64,000 nucleotides of DNA from Candidatus Binatia bacterium (GTDB lineage Bacteria; Desulfobacterota; Binatia; Bin18). Positions within the stretch are counted from its first letter, which is position 1; each line of letters opens with the position of its first letter. Location: contig OY761159.2 of NCBI GenBank assembly GCA_963664395.2, forward strand, positions 3,136,001 to 3,200,000, written 5' to 3'. Position numbers and translations under genes: made by a program. Under the pieces are notes generated by a model. It worked only from the letters and a program-made list of their open reading frames with translations. It was not told the origin of the DNA and searched no databases. Shown here one piece after another: positions 29,596 to 39,490 of the stretch.

Positions 29596-31542
29596 TCATA
29601 CCTGTGCTGGTTGCGAGTGGCGCGGCTCAACCACGAAGTCGGCTAGGTTTGCCGTGCGTGTCATGTCGTAGTAGGTGGCGTTGCGATACGGCGAGTTCAC
29701 AACCACTCTGCCCCGCGCGTTTCGGTAATAGGTTTCCATACCCGGATGGGTCCAGACCATGTTTTCATGCGCTTGGTCTATACGCTCGTTGTAGGCGTCG
29801 TGTACATCTTGACGACATTCGACCGCGCCGAGCCCCTGGGTCAGCATTTTCTTCAGCATGTCCATGATGTAGCGCACCTGCATCTCAGCGATAAACATGA
29901 AGCTCCCTCCGTGGCCCGGCTGGAGGTTGGGACCGTACAGGCAAAAGAAATTGGGGAAGTCAGGTATGCTGAGACCGAGATAGGCGCGCGCGTTATCATC
30001 GTCCCACACTTCCCGTAGGCTGCGGCCTGAGCGCCCACGCGCCTCAAAAGAGGTCAGGAAACGGAGAACATCGAAACCCGTGGCGATGATGAGCACATCG
30101 GCTTCATACTCGGCTCCGTCTTCGGTCAGAACCCGATCCGGACCGATTTCAATAATAGGGTGTGAGACGAGTTCCACCTTGTCGTTGCGCAACATGCGGT
30201 ACCAGCCGTTATCCATGAGCATGCGTTTGCCAAAGGGCGGATAGTTGGGAACAACTTTATCGAGCAACTCGGTCCTGTCACCAATTTCCGAGCCAATATA
30301 CTGAGTGAAGTAGCCGCGATGCGAATCGTTGGCCTTGTTGAGCGAGCGGTCGGCATACGGCCAGTCGGGGTCCTTCTGTAAGGTCGCATGCACCCGATCA
30401 CCAAATGTCCAGCCCAAGCGTAAGCGGTACCAGATTCGGTACAACGGCACCTCGCGCAGCATGAAACGCATGGCGTCGGGGATGGGTTTGCGAAACTGCT
30501 CGTTGGGGGCGACCCAATGCGCCGATTTCTGAAAGATGGTCAGCGATTCTACCTGATGCTGAATCTCGGGCCCGATCTGCATGGCGCTGGCACCATTGCC
30601 GATTATGGCCACCCGTTTGCCGGTGAGATCAAGCTCCTGCGGCCACTCGGCAGTGTGGAAGGCTGGGCCGGCAAAGCGCTCCAGTCCCTTGATATTCGGC
30701 AACTTGATCGGGTTGAAAATGCCAACCGCGCTGATGAGGACGTTTGACGCGAGCGTCTGTCGGGAACCGTCAGCCTGCTTCGCGGCGACCCTCCAGCGCT
30801 GGGTGTCGGTGTCATAATCCGCGGACTCGACCTCAGTTTCGAAGCGAATATGCGATCTCAGGTTGAATTGATCGGCCACGTGTTCAAGATAGGCTTTGAG
30901 TTCGTCCCGCAAGGCGAAATACATTGACCAGTCGTAGGGCGCAAATGAGAACGAGTAGAGATGATTCGGCGTATCAACACCCGCACCGGGATAGTGGTTG
31001 TCCCGCCACGTGCCGCCCAGGTTGGGGCTCTTTTCCAGGATGGTGAAAGGAATCCCGGCTTGCTGGAGCTTGATCGCAGTACACATGCCGGAGACGCCGG
31101 CCCCGATAATCAGCACTGCAAACCCGTCCGGGACGGGCAGCTTGTGAAGACCGTTATTGCCATTGTCCGCCACGGAAGCCAGCTCGGCTTCGATGATCGG
31201 ATCATATTCGGCCGGAACCTGCTCGGCCATGGCCCAACTCAGCATCCTGAGCCGGAGTTCCGGAGAGGGCTCAGGAATGGCCACTGGCTTACCCGCCCGC
31301 CAAGCCAGGATCGCCTCAAGCGCCGCCTGACGAATTTCCCTTTGGAGCCTATCAGACAGCCCACCCGTGTCGTTATCCCCCATGCCTCGGGCCCGGGTGA
31401 GACGGTACGGTTCTTCCAACCAGTGCAGTGCTCCGGTCAACTGCACCAAGACCATCAGCAGCGTTGGGATGTTCGCGGTTGTAATGGCTTGGGCAAACTC
31501 TTGTGCTTCTTCTTGACGGTCAAGGGTCTGTTGTTCACGCAT
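29596..31542 (-). CDS. 4-hydroxyacetophenone monooxygenase-like BVMO
   Basis: HAPMO-type N-terminal extension (ANIPTLLMVLVQLTG), GGTWRDNHYPG and FAGPAFHTAEWP; start reset to MREQQ. Confidence 0.9.
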   Translation of the reverse strand: MREQQTLDRQEEAQEFAQAITTANIPTLLMVLVQLTGALHWLEEPYRLTRARGMGDNDTGGLSDRLQREIRQAALEAILAWRAGKPVAIPEPSPELRLRMLSWAMAEQVPAEYDPIIEAELASVADNGNNGLHKLPVPDGFAVLIIGAGVSGMCTAIKLQQAGIPFTILEKSPNLGGTWRDNHYPGAGVDTPNHLYSFSFAPYDWSMYFALRDELKAYLEHVADQFNLRSHIRFETEVESADYDTDTQRWRVAAKQADGSRQTLASNVLISAVGIFNPIKLPNIKGLERFAGPAFHTAEWPQELDLTGKRVAIIGNGASAMQIGPEIQHQVESLTIFQKSAHWVAPNEQFRKPIPDAMRFMLREVPLYRIWYRLRLGWTFGDRVHATLQKDPDWPYADRSLNKANDSHRGYFTQYIGSEIGDRTELLDKVVPNYPPFGKRMLMDNGWYRMLRNDKVELVSHPIIEIGPDRVLTEDGAEYEADVLIIATGFDVLRFLTSFEARGRSGRSLREVWDDDNARAYLGLSIPDFPNFFCLYGPNLQPGHGGSFMFIAEMQVRYIMDMLKKMLTQGLGAVECRQDVHDAYNERIDQAHENMVWTHPGMETYYRNARGRVVVNSPYRNATYYDMTRTANLADFVVEPRHSQPAQV

Positions 31543-31708
31543 CGTTTTCCTCTCGATCCCCGTTTTCTTATCAAGTACCGGTCTTTTTCTCGGCATAGTG
31601 ATAGCGGAGAACAAGGGGGTTGCATAGGTGAATGTCAGAGAAAGTTTCGTCCAAGCCGACTGTTCAATACGGGTAAGAAACGCTGAGTCGGACACCCGGC
31701 GTCTCCGT

Positions 31709-32489
31709 TCAGAACAGTGGGTCGAGTGGCTCGCCGCCGAGTAATACCCGTCCGGCGGAATGCTGAATGCTACGCGAGGATTCATAGCCAAAGGCAATAG
31801 CGTGCAGATTTCTGAGCGCCCGTTCCAGTGGGTTGCCCTGCATAAACCCGGCGCGCGTGCCCCGGGCATACAGCCGGCTGACGGTATCCCGCGCCGTGTC
31901 CAAGACATAGAAAGTGGAGGCGTACAGTTCCGCCCGGAGCGGCAGCGGGACCTCCGCACCGGTACTCGCCAGGTCCCAGACGGCGTGCGTTGCAGCAAAA
32001 AGCCCTGCGCGGGCCGCCCGTAACGCGGCGTGGCGTATCTCCATCCATGACAAGACCCGCGAGGGCGCACCAGCTCGCATCCTCACAGCCCGTTACAACC
32101 GGCCACTGCCCACTGAGGCGATAGCCATCATGTTCCGGCACGGCCCGCCCGGCCGGTGCCGCCGAGAAGCCAAAGTTGCGATTCGGTTCGGCAAAGAGTT
32201 TCGCCCGCTCGTCCTCAGCCAGCCAGCCGGCAGCCAGGCAGGCAGGTTGAGAATTGCCGATACACCAGCCCACGGCTGGGTCGGCGGCACTGACCGCTTC
32301 AATAGCGGCGAACGCGACCGCCGGGGAGGCTTCCAGGCCACCGACTTCATGCGGGGCGAAGAGTCTAAAGAGCCCGGCCTGGCCGACCGCGGCGAACACT
32401 TCGTTCACCAGTCTGGCTTCCTGCTCTCCTTTGCCAAGATACTTGCGGATTAGGGGTTGCAGTTCGAGTGCGGCAGTGACGAGGTTCAT
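31709..32489 (-). pseudogene. Acyl-CoA dehydrogenase-fold flavin monooxygenase (HsaA-like), internally deleted and frameshifted
   Basis: N-half (GLFRLFAP..VGG, YRLSGQW..VTG) and C-end (PLERALRNLH) lie in different frames, junction near 32030. Confidence 0.8.
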
Positions 32490-32614
32490 ACGTCCGCTCC
32501 TTATGGGTTGCCTGGATGTTCTCTCTACTCCACGCTCTCACGGGAGCAAGCTCGACCTCTTGCCTCCCCGCTCCTGGCTGTTATGGGAGCAGTATAAAGC
32601 TTTGGGAGGGCAAA

Positions 32615-33835
32615 ATGAATCAGCCGAAACATGTGCTTGATGGCTACAAGGTCTTGGACTTCTCACAAATTGTGGCAGGACCGACCTGCACGCTGATGCT
32701 GGCCGAAATGGGGGCTGAGGTCATCAAGGTGGAACTGGCGCCTGCCGGCGACGGCGCACGCATGGGTCCGGTCGTGGTCAATGGCCGCAGCGGCTACTTT
32801 GTCCAACACAACCGCGGCAAGAAGGACGTATGCCTCGACGCCAAAACTCCCGAGGGGCTCACTATCCTCAAGGGGCTGGTTGAGAAAGTCGATGTGCTGG
32901 TGGAGAACTATGCCCCCGGAGTAATAGGGCGATTAGGACTCGGTTACGATGTTGTGAGCAAACTCAACCCCCGGCTGGTGATGTGCTCGATTTCTGCCTT
33001 TGGGCAGACCGGACCACTCGCGCATGAACCCGGCTTCGACTGGGTGGGAGCGGCATACTCCGGCGTCACATCGATGGGCGGCGAAAAGGACGGTCCGCCC
33101 ATATTTCCGATGGTGGCCTTGGGCGATGTCTCGACCGGCGCACATGCCATGGGGGCCGTCTGCGCCGCGTTGTTATACCGCGAGCGAACCGGGCGCGGAC
33201 AGCACCTGGACCTGGCACTGCTCGATACCTATGCGCATTACCATGAGGCCAGCTTTCAGATGTACAGCCTGAGCAAAGGAAAAATAAACCCGACCCGCTC
33301 GGGAGCGCATTCGTGGTACGCGGCCCCCGCCGGTGTGTTCAAGGGGCGTGAGCGCTATATGATTCTTATCGCCCCCCTGGAGCAGCACTGGACCAAGCTG
33401 TGCGAGGCAATGGGGCAGCCGGAGCTGGCACGGGACCCGCGCTTTACCGACAACGAATCGCGCATGAAGAACCTGGACGAATTGGTGGAGACCATTGAAG
33501 CCTGGCTTCGCTCTCAGCCGAGTGATGACGCGGCCATTGCGACCCTGAAAGAGCACCATGTGCCGATTGCCCCAATTCTGTCAGTCCCCGAGGCGCTCCA
33601 GCATCCGCATCTGCGCCAGCGCGGAACGGTCCGAACGGTCCACGACCGTATTCTCGGCGATATGGACGTACCGGGCTTCGCGCTCCGGTTTTCGGAATTT
33701 CCCCAGACTCTTGAGCTGCAAGCCCCGACGCTGGGCGAGCATAATAGGGAAATCCTGACCCAATGGCTCGGCTATACGCCAGACCAGGTGCAGGAGTTGG
33801 AACGCAAGCAGATTCTGCGCAGCGGCCCGGTGTGA
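32615..33835 (+). CDS. CaiB/BaiF family III CoA transferase
   Basis: LDGYKVLDFSQIVAGP, MGAEVIKVE, NRGKK, DVLVENY and APTLGEH motifs. Confidence 0.93.
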   Translation: MNQPKHVLDGYKVLDFSQIVAGPTCTLMLAEMGAEVIKVELAPAGDGARMGPVVVNGRSGYFVQHNRGKKDVCLDAKTPEGLTILKGLVEKVDVLVENYAPGVIGRLGLGYDVVSKLNPRLVMCSISAFGQTGPLAHEPGFDWVGAAYSGVTSMGGEKDGPPIFPMVALGDVSTGAHAMGAVCAALLYRERTGRGQHLDLALLDTYAHYHEASFQMYSLSKGKINPTRSGAHSWYAAPAGVFKGRERYMILIAPLEQHWTKLCEAMGQPELARDPRFTDNESRMKNLDELVETIEAWLRSQPSDDAAIATLKEHHVPIAPILSVPEALQHPHLRQRGTVRTVHDRILGDMDVPGFALRFSEFPQTLELQAPTLGEHNREILTQWLGYTPDQVQELERKQILRSGPV

Positions 33836-33896
33836 GAGGTGAAAGGTCCGGCCATTCTCAATCAGCCGTATATTCCAACGTTCGATATGAAAAAGA

Positions 33897-34664
33897 ATGA
33901 ACACCGATAAACGGCAGCTTATAGAATCATTGGTACGCTCAATCCCGGCGTTGACCGCTGGCCAACTCCACTGGATTCGGCGTGTGGTCTCTGTTTTCTC
34001 TGCCGATCACACATTCATATTGAATGGGAGTGATTTATTCGAGGAAACCACCCTGCAAAACTTTGGAGATGCCCTGCGGGTTCATCATAGTTTCTCGTCA
34101 GAACCCTTTAGTAAGGACAAGTTTGAGTATGTTCTCGTCCATGTCCTGAAGATGAGCGGCCATAAGGCTGAACTGGCCCCAAAAGGCAATCCGGGCCATG
34201 ACGCTACCGTTGATGGGGTGCAATTATCATTGAAGACGCAGGCAGATAAAAATATTAAGGAAGGCACCTTGTGGATCAGCAAATTCATGGAACTGGGGAG
34301 AGGAGATTGGGGTGATGACCCGAACGACCTTGAAGGATTGCGCGGCCAGTTTCTCAACCATCTGGAGCGCTATGAGAAGATACTGAGCCTCCGGGCTGTC
34401 AGAAAGGCACCACGCTGGAAATATGAACTTGTTGAAATCCCAATAGAGGTTCTCAAACTCGCCAAGGCTGGCGAGCTTGAAATGAAATTAGGCAGCAAAC
34501 AGTTCCCAAAGCCCGGCTACTGTTATGTCCGCAATGAGGACGGCCAGACTGTTTTCAGTCTATACTTTGACGGTGGCGGCGAGAGAAAATTGCAGATCAA
34601 GAACCTGAATAAATATTCCTGTCGAGTTCACGCACAGTGGGAATTTTTCATACCTCAGGAATGA
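33897..34664 (+). CDS. Type II restriction endonuclease, SmaI-like
   Basis: NPGHD...SLKT catalytic core, SKFMELG.G.W, YELVEIP, SKQ.PKPGY and FSLYFDGG.ERKLQIK, as recalled for R.SmaI. Confidence 0.8.
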   Translation: MNTDKRQLIESLVRSIPALTAGQLHWIRRVVSVFSADHTFILNGSDLFEETTLQNFGDALRVHHSFSSEPFSKDKFEYVLVHVLKMSGHKAELAPKGNPGHDATVDGVQLSLKTQADKNIKEGTLWISKFMELGRGDWGDDPNDLEGLRGQFLNHLERYEKILSLRAVRKAPRWKYELVEIPIEVLKLAKAGELEMKLGSKQFPKPGYCYVRNEDGQTVFSLYFDGGGERKLQIKNLNKYSCRVHAQWEFFIPQE

Positions 34665-35535
34665 GGGCCGCTTGCACCATTGCCGCCCTCCGCTCTGCGA
34701 TGTCCAGATACTCACTATTCAGTTCTATACCGACACAGCGCCGCCCGAGTTCTTGTGTCACAATCCCAACCGTGCCGGCGCCATAAAAAGGGTCAAGGAT
34801 AATATCGTCTTTCCGGCTGCCAGCGACAATGCAGGGTCGAATCAAGGCTCTGGGAAAGACCGCAAAATGCGCCTCCGGACAGGGTTCCGTATTTATCGAC
34901 CAGACCGTTCGCCTGTTTTTCCGTCCGTTGCCCTGTGTCGTGTGCTCCTTAATTGCTTCTTGGTCAAAATAGTACCGCTCGGATTTTGAAAACATGAACA
35001 GATATTCGTGGGACACCGTAAACCTGTCTTTGACGCTTTCGGGCTGGCAATTGGGTTTGTGCCAGATAATGTCATTGCGCAGATACCAGCCGTCTTTTTG
35101 ACACTCCAGGGCTAATAACCAAGCGACTCCAATCAAATCCTTTTTCTTCAGTCCAGGCGGAGTTGGCGGGCGGTACGACATCGCTCGTCCCTTATTCTTA
35201 TCATCTGCATCTCTCCATTTTCTGCCACCGGACGAGTAGGTATTCCCGATATTGAGCCAGAACGTGCCATCCGACTTCAACACCCTACGAACCTCACGAA
35301 AGACGCCGACAAGGTGTTCAATGTATTGGGATAAATCCGGCTCGGCACCGATCTGATTTTCAATGCCATAGTCTCTGACACCCCAATACGGAGGCGAGGT
35401 GACGACGCATTGAAACGTATCATCCGGGAACTGTTGAATAAGGTCACGCGCATCCCCATGCAGCGTCACAACAGGATGCTGTCGAGTTGGTAGGGCTATG
35501 CTGGTCTCGGCGATTGTTTTAAGGACGGTCGTCAT
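34648..35535 (-). CDS. N4-cytosine DNA methyltransferase (beta class, M.SmaI/M.Cfr9I-like)
   Basis: TSPPYWG.RDY precedes LDPFYGAGT; PESVKDR motif. Confidence 0.92.
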   Translation of the reverse strand: MTTVLKTIAETSIALPTRQHPVVTLHGDARDLIQQFPDDTFQCVVTSPPYWGVRDYGIENQIGAEPDLSQYIEHLVGVFREVRRVLKSDGTFWLNIGNTYSSGGRKWRDADDKNKGRAMSYRPPTPPGLKKKDLIGVAWLLALECQKDGWYLRNDIIWHKPNCQPESVKDRFTVSHEYLFMFSKSERYYFDQEAIKEHTTQGNGRKNRRTVWSINTEPCPEAHFAVFPRALIRPCIVAGSRKDDIILDPFYGAGTVGIVTQELGRRCVGIELNSEYLDIAERRAAMVQAALIPEV

Positions 35536-35565
35536 TTTTTGCAGTCTGAAATGCTTTCAGCGTAT

Positions 35566-35769
35566 TCACAAGTTCTGCTGCTGTTTTCTGGGCCGGCCCC
35601 GTTTCTTTTTTCCGTGTCTTGCAAACTCGGCCAGGGTGCTCTCCTTAATCATGTGATCTCTACCGTATTTTTCAGATTCGAGGCGTTCTTCAACGATATA
35701 CTGGCGAACTCTTGAAGGTGTAACACCAAGGTATTTCGCAGCATCGCCTGTTGTAAAATACTTTTTCAT
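35566..35769 (-). CDS. Excisionase-type (HTH_17) DNA-binding protein
   Basis: FTTGDAAKYLGVTPSRVRQYI..G/ERL; basic RGRPRK tail. Confidence 0.8.
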   Translation of the reverse strand: MKKYFTTGDAAKYLGVTPSRVRQYIVEERLESEKYGRDHMIKESTLAEFARHGKKKRGRPRKQQQNL

Positions 35770-35840
35770 GCGTTAGGAGTAGTAGTCCATTTGTTTGTGT
35801 TTTTCAACCTATATATGTTCAGAAAAATTCCATATAAGCC

Positions 35841-36077
35841 ATGAAAAAGAAACAGACACAAGTCTCTTCCTTCGCGGTCTGCATCAGTAACGAGGCCTAC
35901 AAAGCGTCGTTGGAGGTAGGGAAATTATATCGAGTCATCCCAGATGAAGAAGCTGCCTCTCACGGATACATTCGCGTTGTTGACGAGAGTGGGGAAGATT
36001 ATGGTTATGCAGCAGACCGGTTTTTCCCACTCGAAATCCCCCAAGCCTTGGTAGACGCACTACGGATAGCTGGGTAG
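35841..36077 (+). CDS. Small conserved hypothetical protein
   Basis: FAVCI.N..Y.ASLE.GKLY...D...IRVVDESGEDY.Y...F pattern. Confidence 0.75.
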   Translation: MKKKQTQVSSFAVCISNEAYKASLEVGKLYRVIPDEEAASHGYIRVVDESGEDYGYAADRFFPLEIPQALVDALRIAG

Positions 36078-36201
36078 TGACGACGAAGCAGGCTGTAATG
36101 ACCTGTCCAGTATTGAAATGGCTAAATAATGCAAAGGCTACAAGATTTGGCCATTTTTAATCGGCCCTCTATTGTGACTTATATCCATGAAGGGATCGTG
36201 A

Positions 36202-37905
36202 ATGAGTAACTCCTTACAATCGGTTCATGTTAAGCGTTTCAAAGGGATCAAGGACGCGCCATTTGATGTATCCACCATAAATGCCTTTATTGGCGCAAAT
36301 AATTCTGGGAAGAGCACCTTGGCGCAGATAATTCACTTTGGAATCGGAATCTTTCAATCGATCGAACTAGCCGAACGATGGGGGAACCAGGGGTATGTCT
36401 CGTTGAGTTTGAGCCCTACACAGCTTCTCTACTCTCCGTGTGCGGACCTATACGCATTGGGTTTTGGTGGGAAACTGATTGAATCTCTTGATACTGCTAT
36501 AGAACTCAGGCTAGTCCTCTCGGATGGGGAACAGGTTTGCTTGATAATACGTAAGGGTAGGAATGGCAATATCCATGTTCATGTTGATAACGTCTCAGAG
36601 GCCCGTAAGTTGGCAAGCCTAGAGAAGCCGTTCACTATCTACTCGCCCGGTCTTGCTGGTATTGCGAGGAGCGAATCGTCAATTTCGACTGGCGTTCTTC
36701 TCCGCACAATCGCCAGAGGCGACGCGAACTTAGTTCTACGAAACATCCTTTTACGACTCTCAAAGGAGACCTCTCAGGATGCATGGCCGGAATTCCTAGA
36801 TGACCTGAAACAGCTTTTTGGGGATATAGACATAACCGTCCATTACGACGAAGACACGGATGAGCATATTATGATCTTTGTAGACACGGGTACCGGCCGT
36901 GTCCCGATAGAACTTGCTGGGACAGGCGTCCTGCAGGCTGTCCAAATCCTTGGATATGTTCACTACTTTCACCCTTCTGCGATCATTCTGGATGAGCCTG
37001 ATTCGCACCTGCATCCGAATAACCAAAGGTTACTCTGCAAACTCCTTCAAGGTGTCGCTGAAGAGCGGGATACTCAAGTGTTCCTCACTACTCATTCCCG
37101 ACATGTGGTCGACGCCCTTAGCGGTCAGGCCACATTCCTTTGGGTCCGCAATGGGACTGTGGAGAAAATGGATCAGGATCATGACTTGGCGATTTTGCTG
37201 GATATCGGTGCCCTTGATGTGAAGGAGATGTTATCTCAGTCCCACGCAAAATGCATTGTCCTTACTGAAGATGCGCTGAAACGAGGGCTCGAGGTGCTTC
37301 TTAGCTCATCTGGCATACCAATGGACGAAACACTAACTTTGGCCTACTACGGATGTACTTCACCTCACAATCTCCGCCCATTATTAGACCTTATTAGAGC
37401 CTCAAATCCCCAGGCCAAGATCGTTGTTCATAGAGATCGAGATTACCTGACGGACGAAGAGAGTACCAAGTGGGAGACCGAGATTCGGAGCATGGCGGCA
37501 GAGCCGTTTCTGACTCTTGGTGTGGACATTGAGTCTCACTTCCTTCATGCAAATCACCTAGCGGAGTTGAACGGAAAAACAGAAGCAGAGATGGATCGAC
37601 TGCTCAGACGAGCGACCGAGGAATGTCGCGAGTCGTCCATAGAGAAGTATGTAAACGGCAGAACTGATATCGCCAAGAAGGCGGGGACTTTTGGGGCCTT
37701 AAACCTAGGTCAAATGGCGACTAGGGCACCTCAATTGGTTGATGATAATGCTGAACGATACCGTCATGCGAAGACGGTTTTGAAAAAAGCGCGCCAATTA
37801 TATCAACAAGACTCTAGCACCAGTCTTAACGTTATTGCTCCATCGCCCCACATCACGGTAGAAGAATTATCAACCTTAGCGAGAAGGCTGAGAGGCGAGA
37901 GATAA
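36202..37905 (+). CDS. OLD-like ABC ATPase fused to a TOPRIM-like nuclease domain
   Basis: GANNSGKS (Walker A), AGTG signature, ILDEPDSHLHP, TTHS; C-terminal VLTED, HRDRD and DIESHFL. Confidence 0.85.
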   Translation: MSNSLQSVHVKRFKGIKDAPFDVSTINAFIGANNSGKSTLAQIIHFGIGIFQSIELAERWGNQGYVSLSLSPTQLLYSPCADLYALGFGGKLIESLDTAIELRLVLSDGEQVCLIIRKGRNGNIHVHVDNVSEARKLASLEKPFTIYSPGLAGIARSESSISTGVLLRTIARGDANLVLRNILLRLSKETSQDAWPEFLDDLKQLFGDIDITVHYDEDTDEHIMIFVDTGTGRVPIELAGTGVLQAVQILGYVHYFHPSAIILDEPDSHLHPNNQRLLCKLLQGVAEERDTQVFLTTHSRHVVDALSGQATFLWVRNGTVEKMDQDHDLAILLDIGALDVKEMLSQSHAKCIVLTEDALKRGLEVLLSSSGIPMDETLTLAYYGCTSPHNLRPLLDLIRASNPQAKIVVHRDRDYLTDEESTKWETEIRSMAAEPFLTLGVDIESHFLHANHLAELNGKTEAEMDRLLRRATEECRESSIEKYVNGRTDIAKKAGTFGALNLGQMATRAPQLVDDNAERYRHAKTVLKKARQLYQQDSSTSLNVIAPSPHITVEELSTLARRLRGER

Positions 37906-38039
37906 TTATCCAGTCTGGCCGAACGCCGAAGGCGACAGTTGGGTCTGGGCTATCCCGCCTTCGGTACTTCACCGAAAGTCGCCCACCTGTGGATAGCTCA
38001 TCCACAGGTGTCGTAGTCGACGCTCCGGTACTGAAGGTC

Positions 38040-39176
38040 CTAACTCAGGTTGTAGAATTGCATAGCGCCTCCAGCCAGCACCGCGCGCCGATGTTCTTCC
38101 GGCAGCTTTTCGGCAATCTGGGCCGGTGCCCCAGGAAAGAAGCCGTCCGGGTGGGGATAGTCGGTCGCCCATAGGACTTTGTGTGGGCCGATATAGTCCA
38201 CCGTATGGGTCAGGTTGCCTTCCACCGGTTCATACGAAATCCAACACTGGCGCTTGAAATACTCGCTGGGCGGCATGGTCAGCGAAGAATCGTTGAACAG
38301 CCCCTTATCTTCATAGTGACGGTCCATACGGTCCAGCCAGGGGGCCATCCACCCCCCGCCTGACTCCAGAAAACCAACCCGCACTTTAGGGAAGCGTTCG
38401 CACACGCCGTCCCAGATGATCGACAGCGCGGCCAGCATCATCTCCATGGTGTGCGACACCATATGCTTGGCCCCAAAGCTCCGAAAACGCTCCACCCCGA
38501 CGGCGGGCATGCCACCGGTTCCTTCGTGGATGCCAACCGAAAAGTCGAGGTCCTGGGCTTCGGCCCAAAACACGTCGTAGTCCCGGTGCCCGAGCATTTT
38601 GTCGTTATACGGGTTGGGCCGTAGAAAACCGGCCCGCATGCCGAGTTCGTTGCGCGCATAGCGCATCTCTTCCACCGCCAGCTCAATCGACTGCATGGGC
38701 AGCAGGGCCACGCCAAACAGCCGGTCCGGGTAGGGGGCGCAGTAATCGGCCAGCCAGCGGTTATAGGCCCGGCTGGCCGCGGCGGCGAGTTGGGGGTCCT
38801 CGATCGCGCCGGCAAAGAGGCCAAGGCTGGGATACAGAAAGGCAGCGTCAATGCCGTCCAGGTCCATGTCCGGAATCCGGGCGTGCGGATCAAAGCCACC
38901 CTTGCGCCCCTGGGTGTATTCCATGTGGATCTCCACTTTCGGCGCGTGGACCCATTTCCCGTTGACCTTTTCGCGCACGCCAATTGCCCCGAGCAACCCC
39001 AGGCCGGCGGGCGGACCAAGCAATTTCCCCTCTACCTGAAAACGCTCTTTCCCCGCTTTATCAACGATCAACTCGGGTGCCTGCTCGCGATAGGCCGGAT
39101 CAATATATTCCCGCCAGAAATTGCGCGGTTCCAGGACGTGGCCATCCGAATCGATCACATTATACGTGCGTCCCAT
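38040..39176 (-). CDS. Amidohydrolase_2 family protein
   Basis: IDSDGHV, YNRWLADYC, FLESGGGW and WATDYPHPD motifs. Confidence 0.92.
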   Translation of the reverse strand: MGRTYNVIDSDGHVLEPRNFWREYIDPAYREQAPELIVDKAGKERFQVEGKLLGPPAGLGLLGAIGVREKVNGKWVHAPKVEIHMEYTQGRKGGFDPHARIPDMDLDGIDAAFLYPSLGLFAGAIEDPQLAAAASRAYNRWLADYCAPYPDRLFGVALLPMQSIELAVEEMRYARNELGMRAGFLRPNPYNDKMLGHRDYDVFWAEAQDLDFSVGIHEGTGGMPAVGVERFRSFGAKHMVSHTMEMMLAALSIIWDGVCERFPKVRVGFLESGGGWMAPWLDRMDRHYEDKGLFNDSSLTMPPSEYFKRQCWISYEPVEGNLTHTVDYIGPHKVLWATDYPHPDGFFPGAPAQIAEKLPEEHRRAVLAGGAMQFYNLS

Positions 39177-39490
39177 GTGTTCCCTCCTTTGCACCACGGA
39201 GGTGCGACATACAAGCATATTCAGAGCCGACTCTCAGCCTCTAGCACCAGAGGCCTCCTAATACAAGAAATCTTGAAAGCCCTCTGATAGTGATGGACAA
39301 ATTTCAGTTCGTGGCTATAAGCAAATGCGACCCGCCGCTCACCTTCGCCGTACGCCGCGGCAGCTACGGTCTCGCGTTTGGCCTGGTCCTCTGCGGTTGG
39401 GGCCGCAATCTTGTGGGGCGGGTAGAGATTGATACCAGACGGAAAGGAAGGTAACGTTTCTGAAACAGATTAAAAAAGAGGAGAAGTGTT

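Noticed and set aside
29596-32070. 824-aa ORF as a novel BVMO fusion
   Set aside because: The extra N-terminus is an off-frame read through the upstream pseudogene; the real start is most likely 31542.
35775-35807. Leaderless sigma70 promoter for the HTH-methyltransferase unit
   Set aside because: A TTGAAA -35 is present, but the correctly spaced -10 (TACTAC) is too weak to call.
39330-39460. GC-rich intergenic segment as a possible ncRNA or riboswitch
   Set aside because: Only a short CCCGCC/GGCGGG pairing and no recognisable family consensus; would need an Rfam/Infernal scan.
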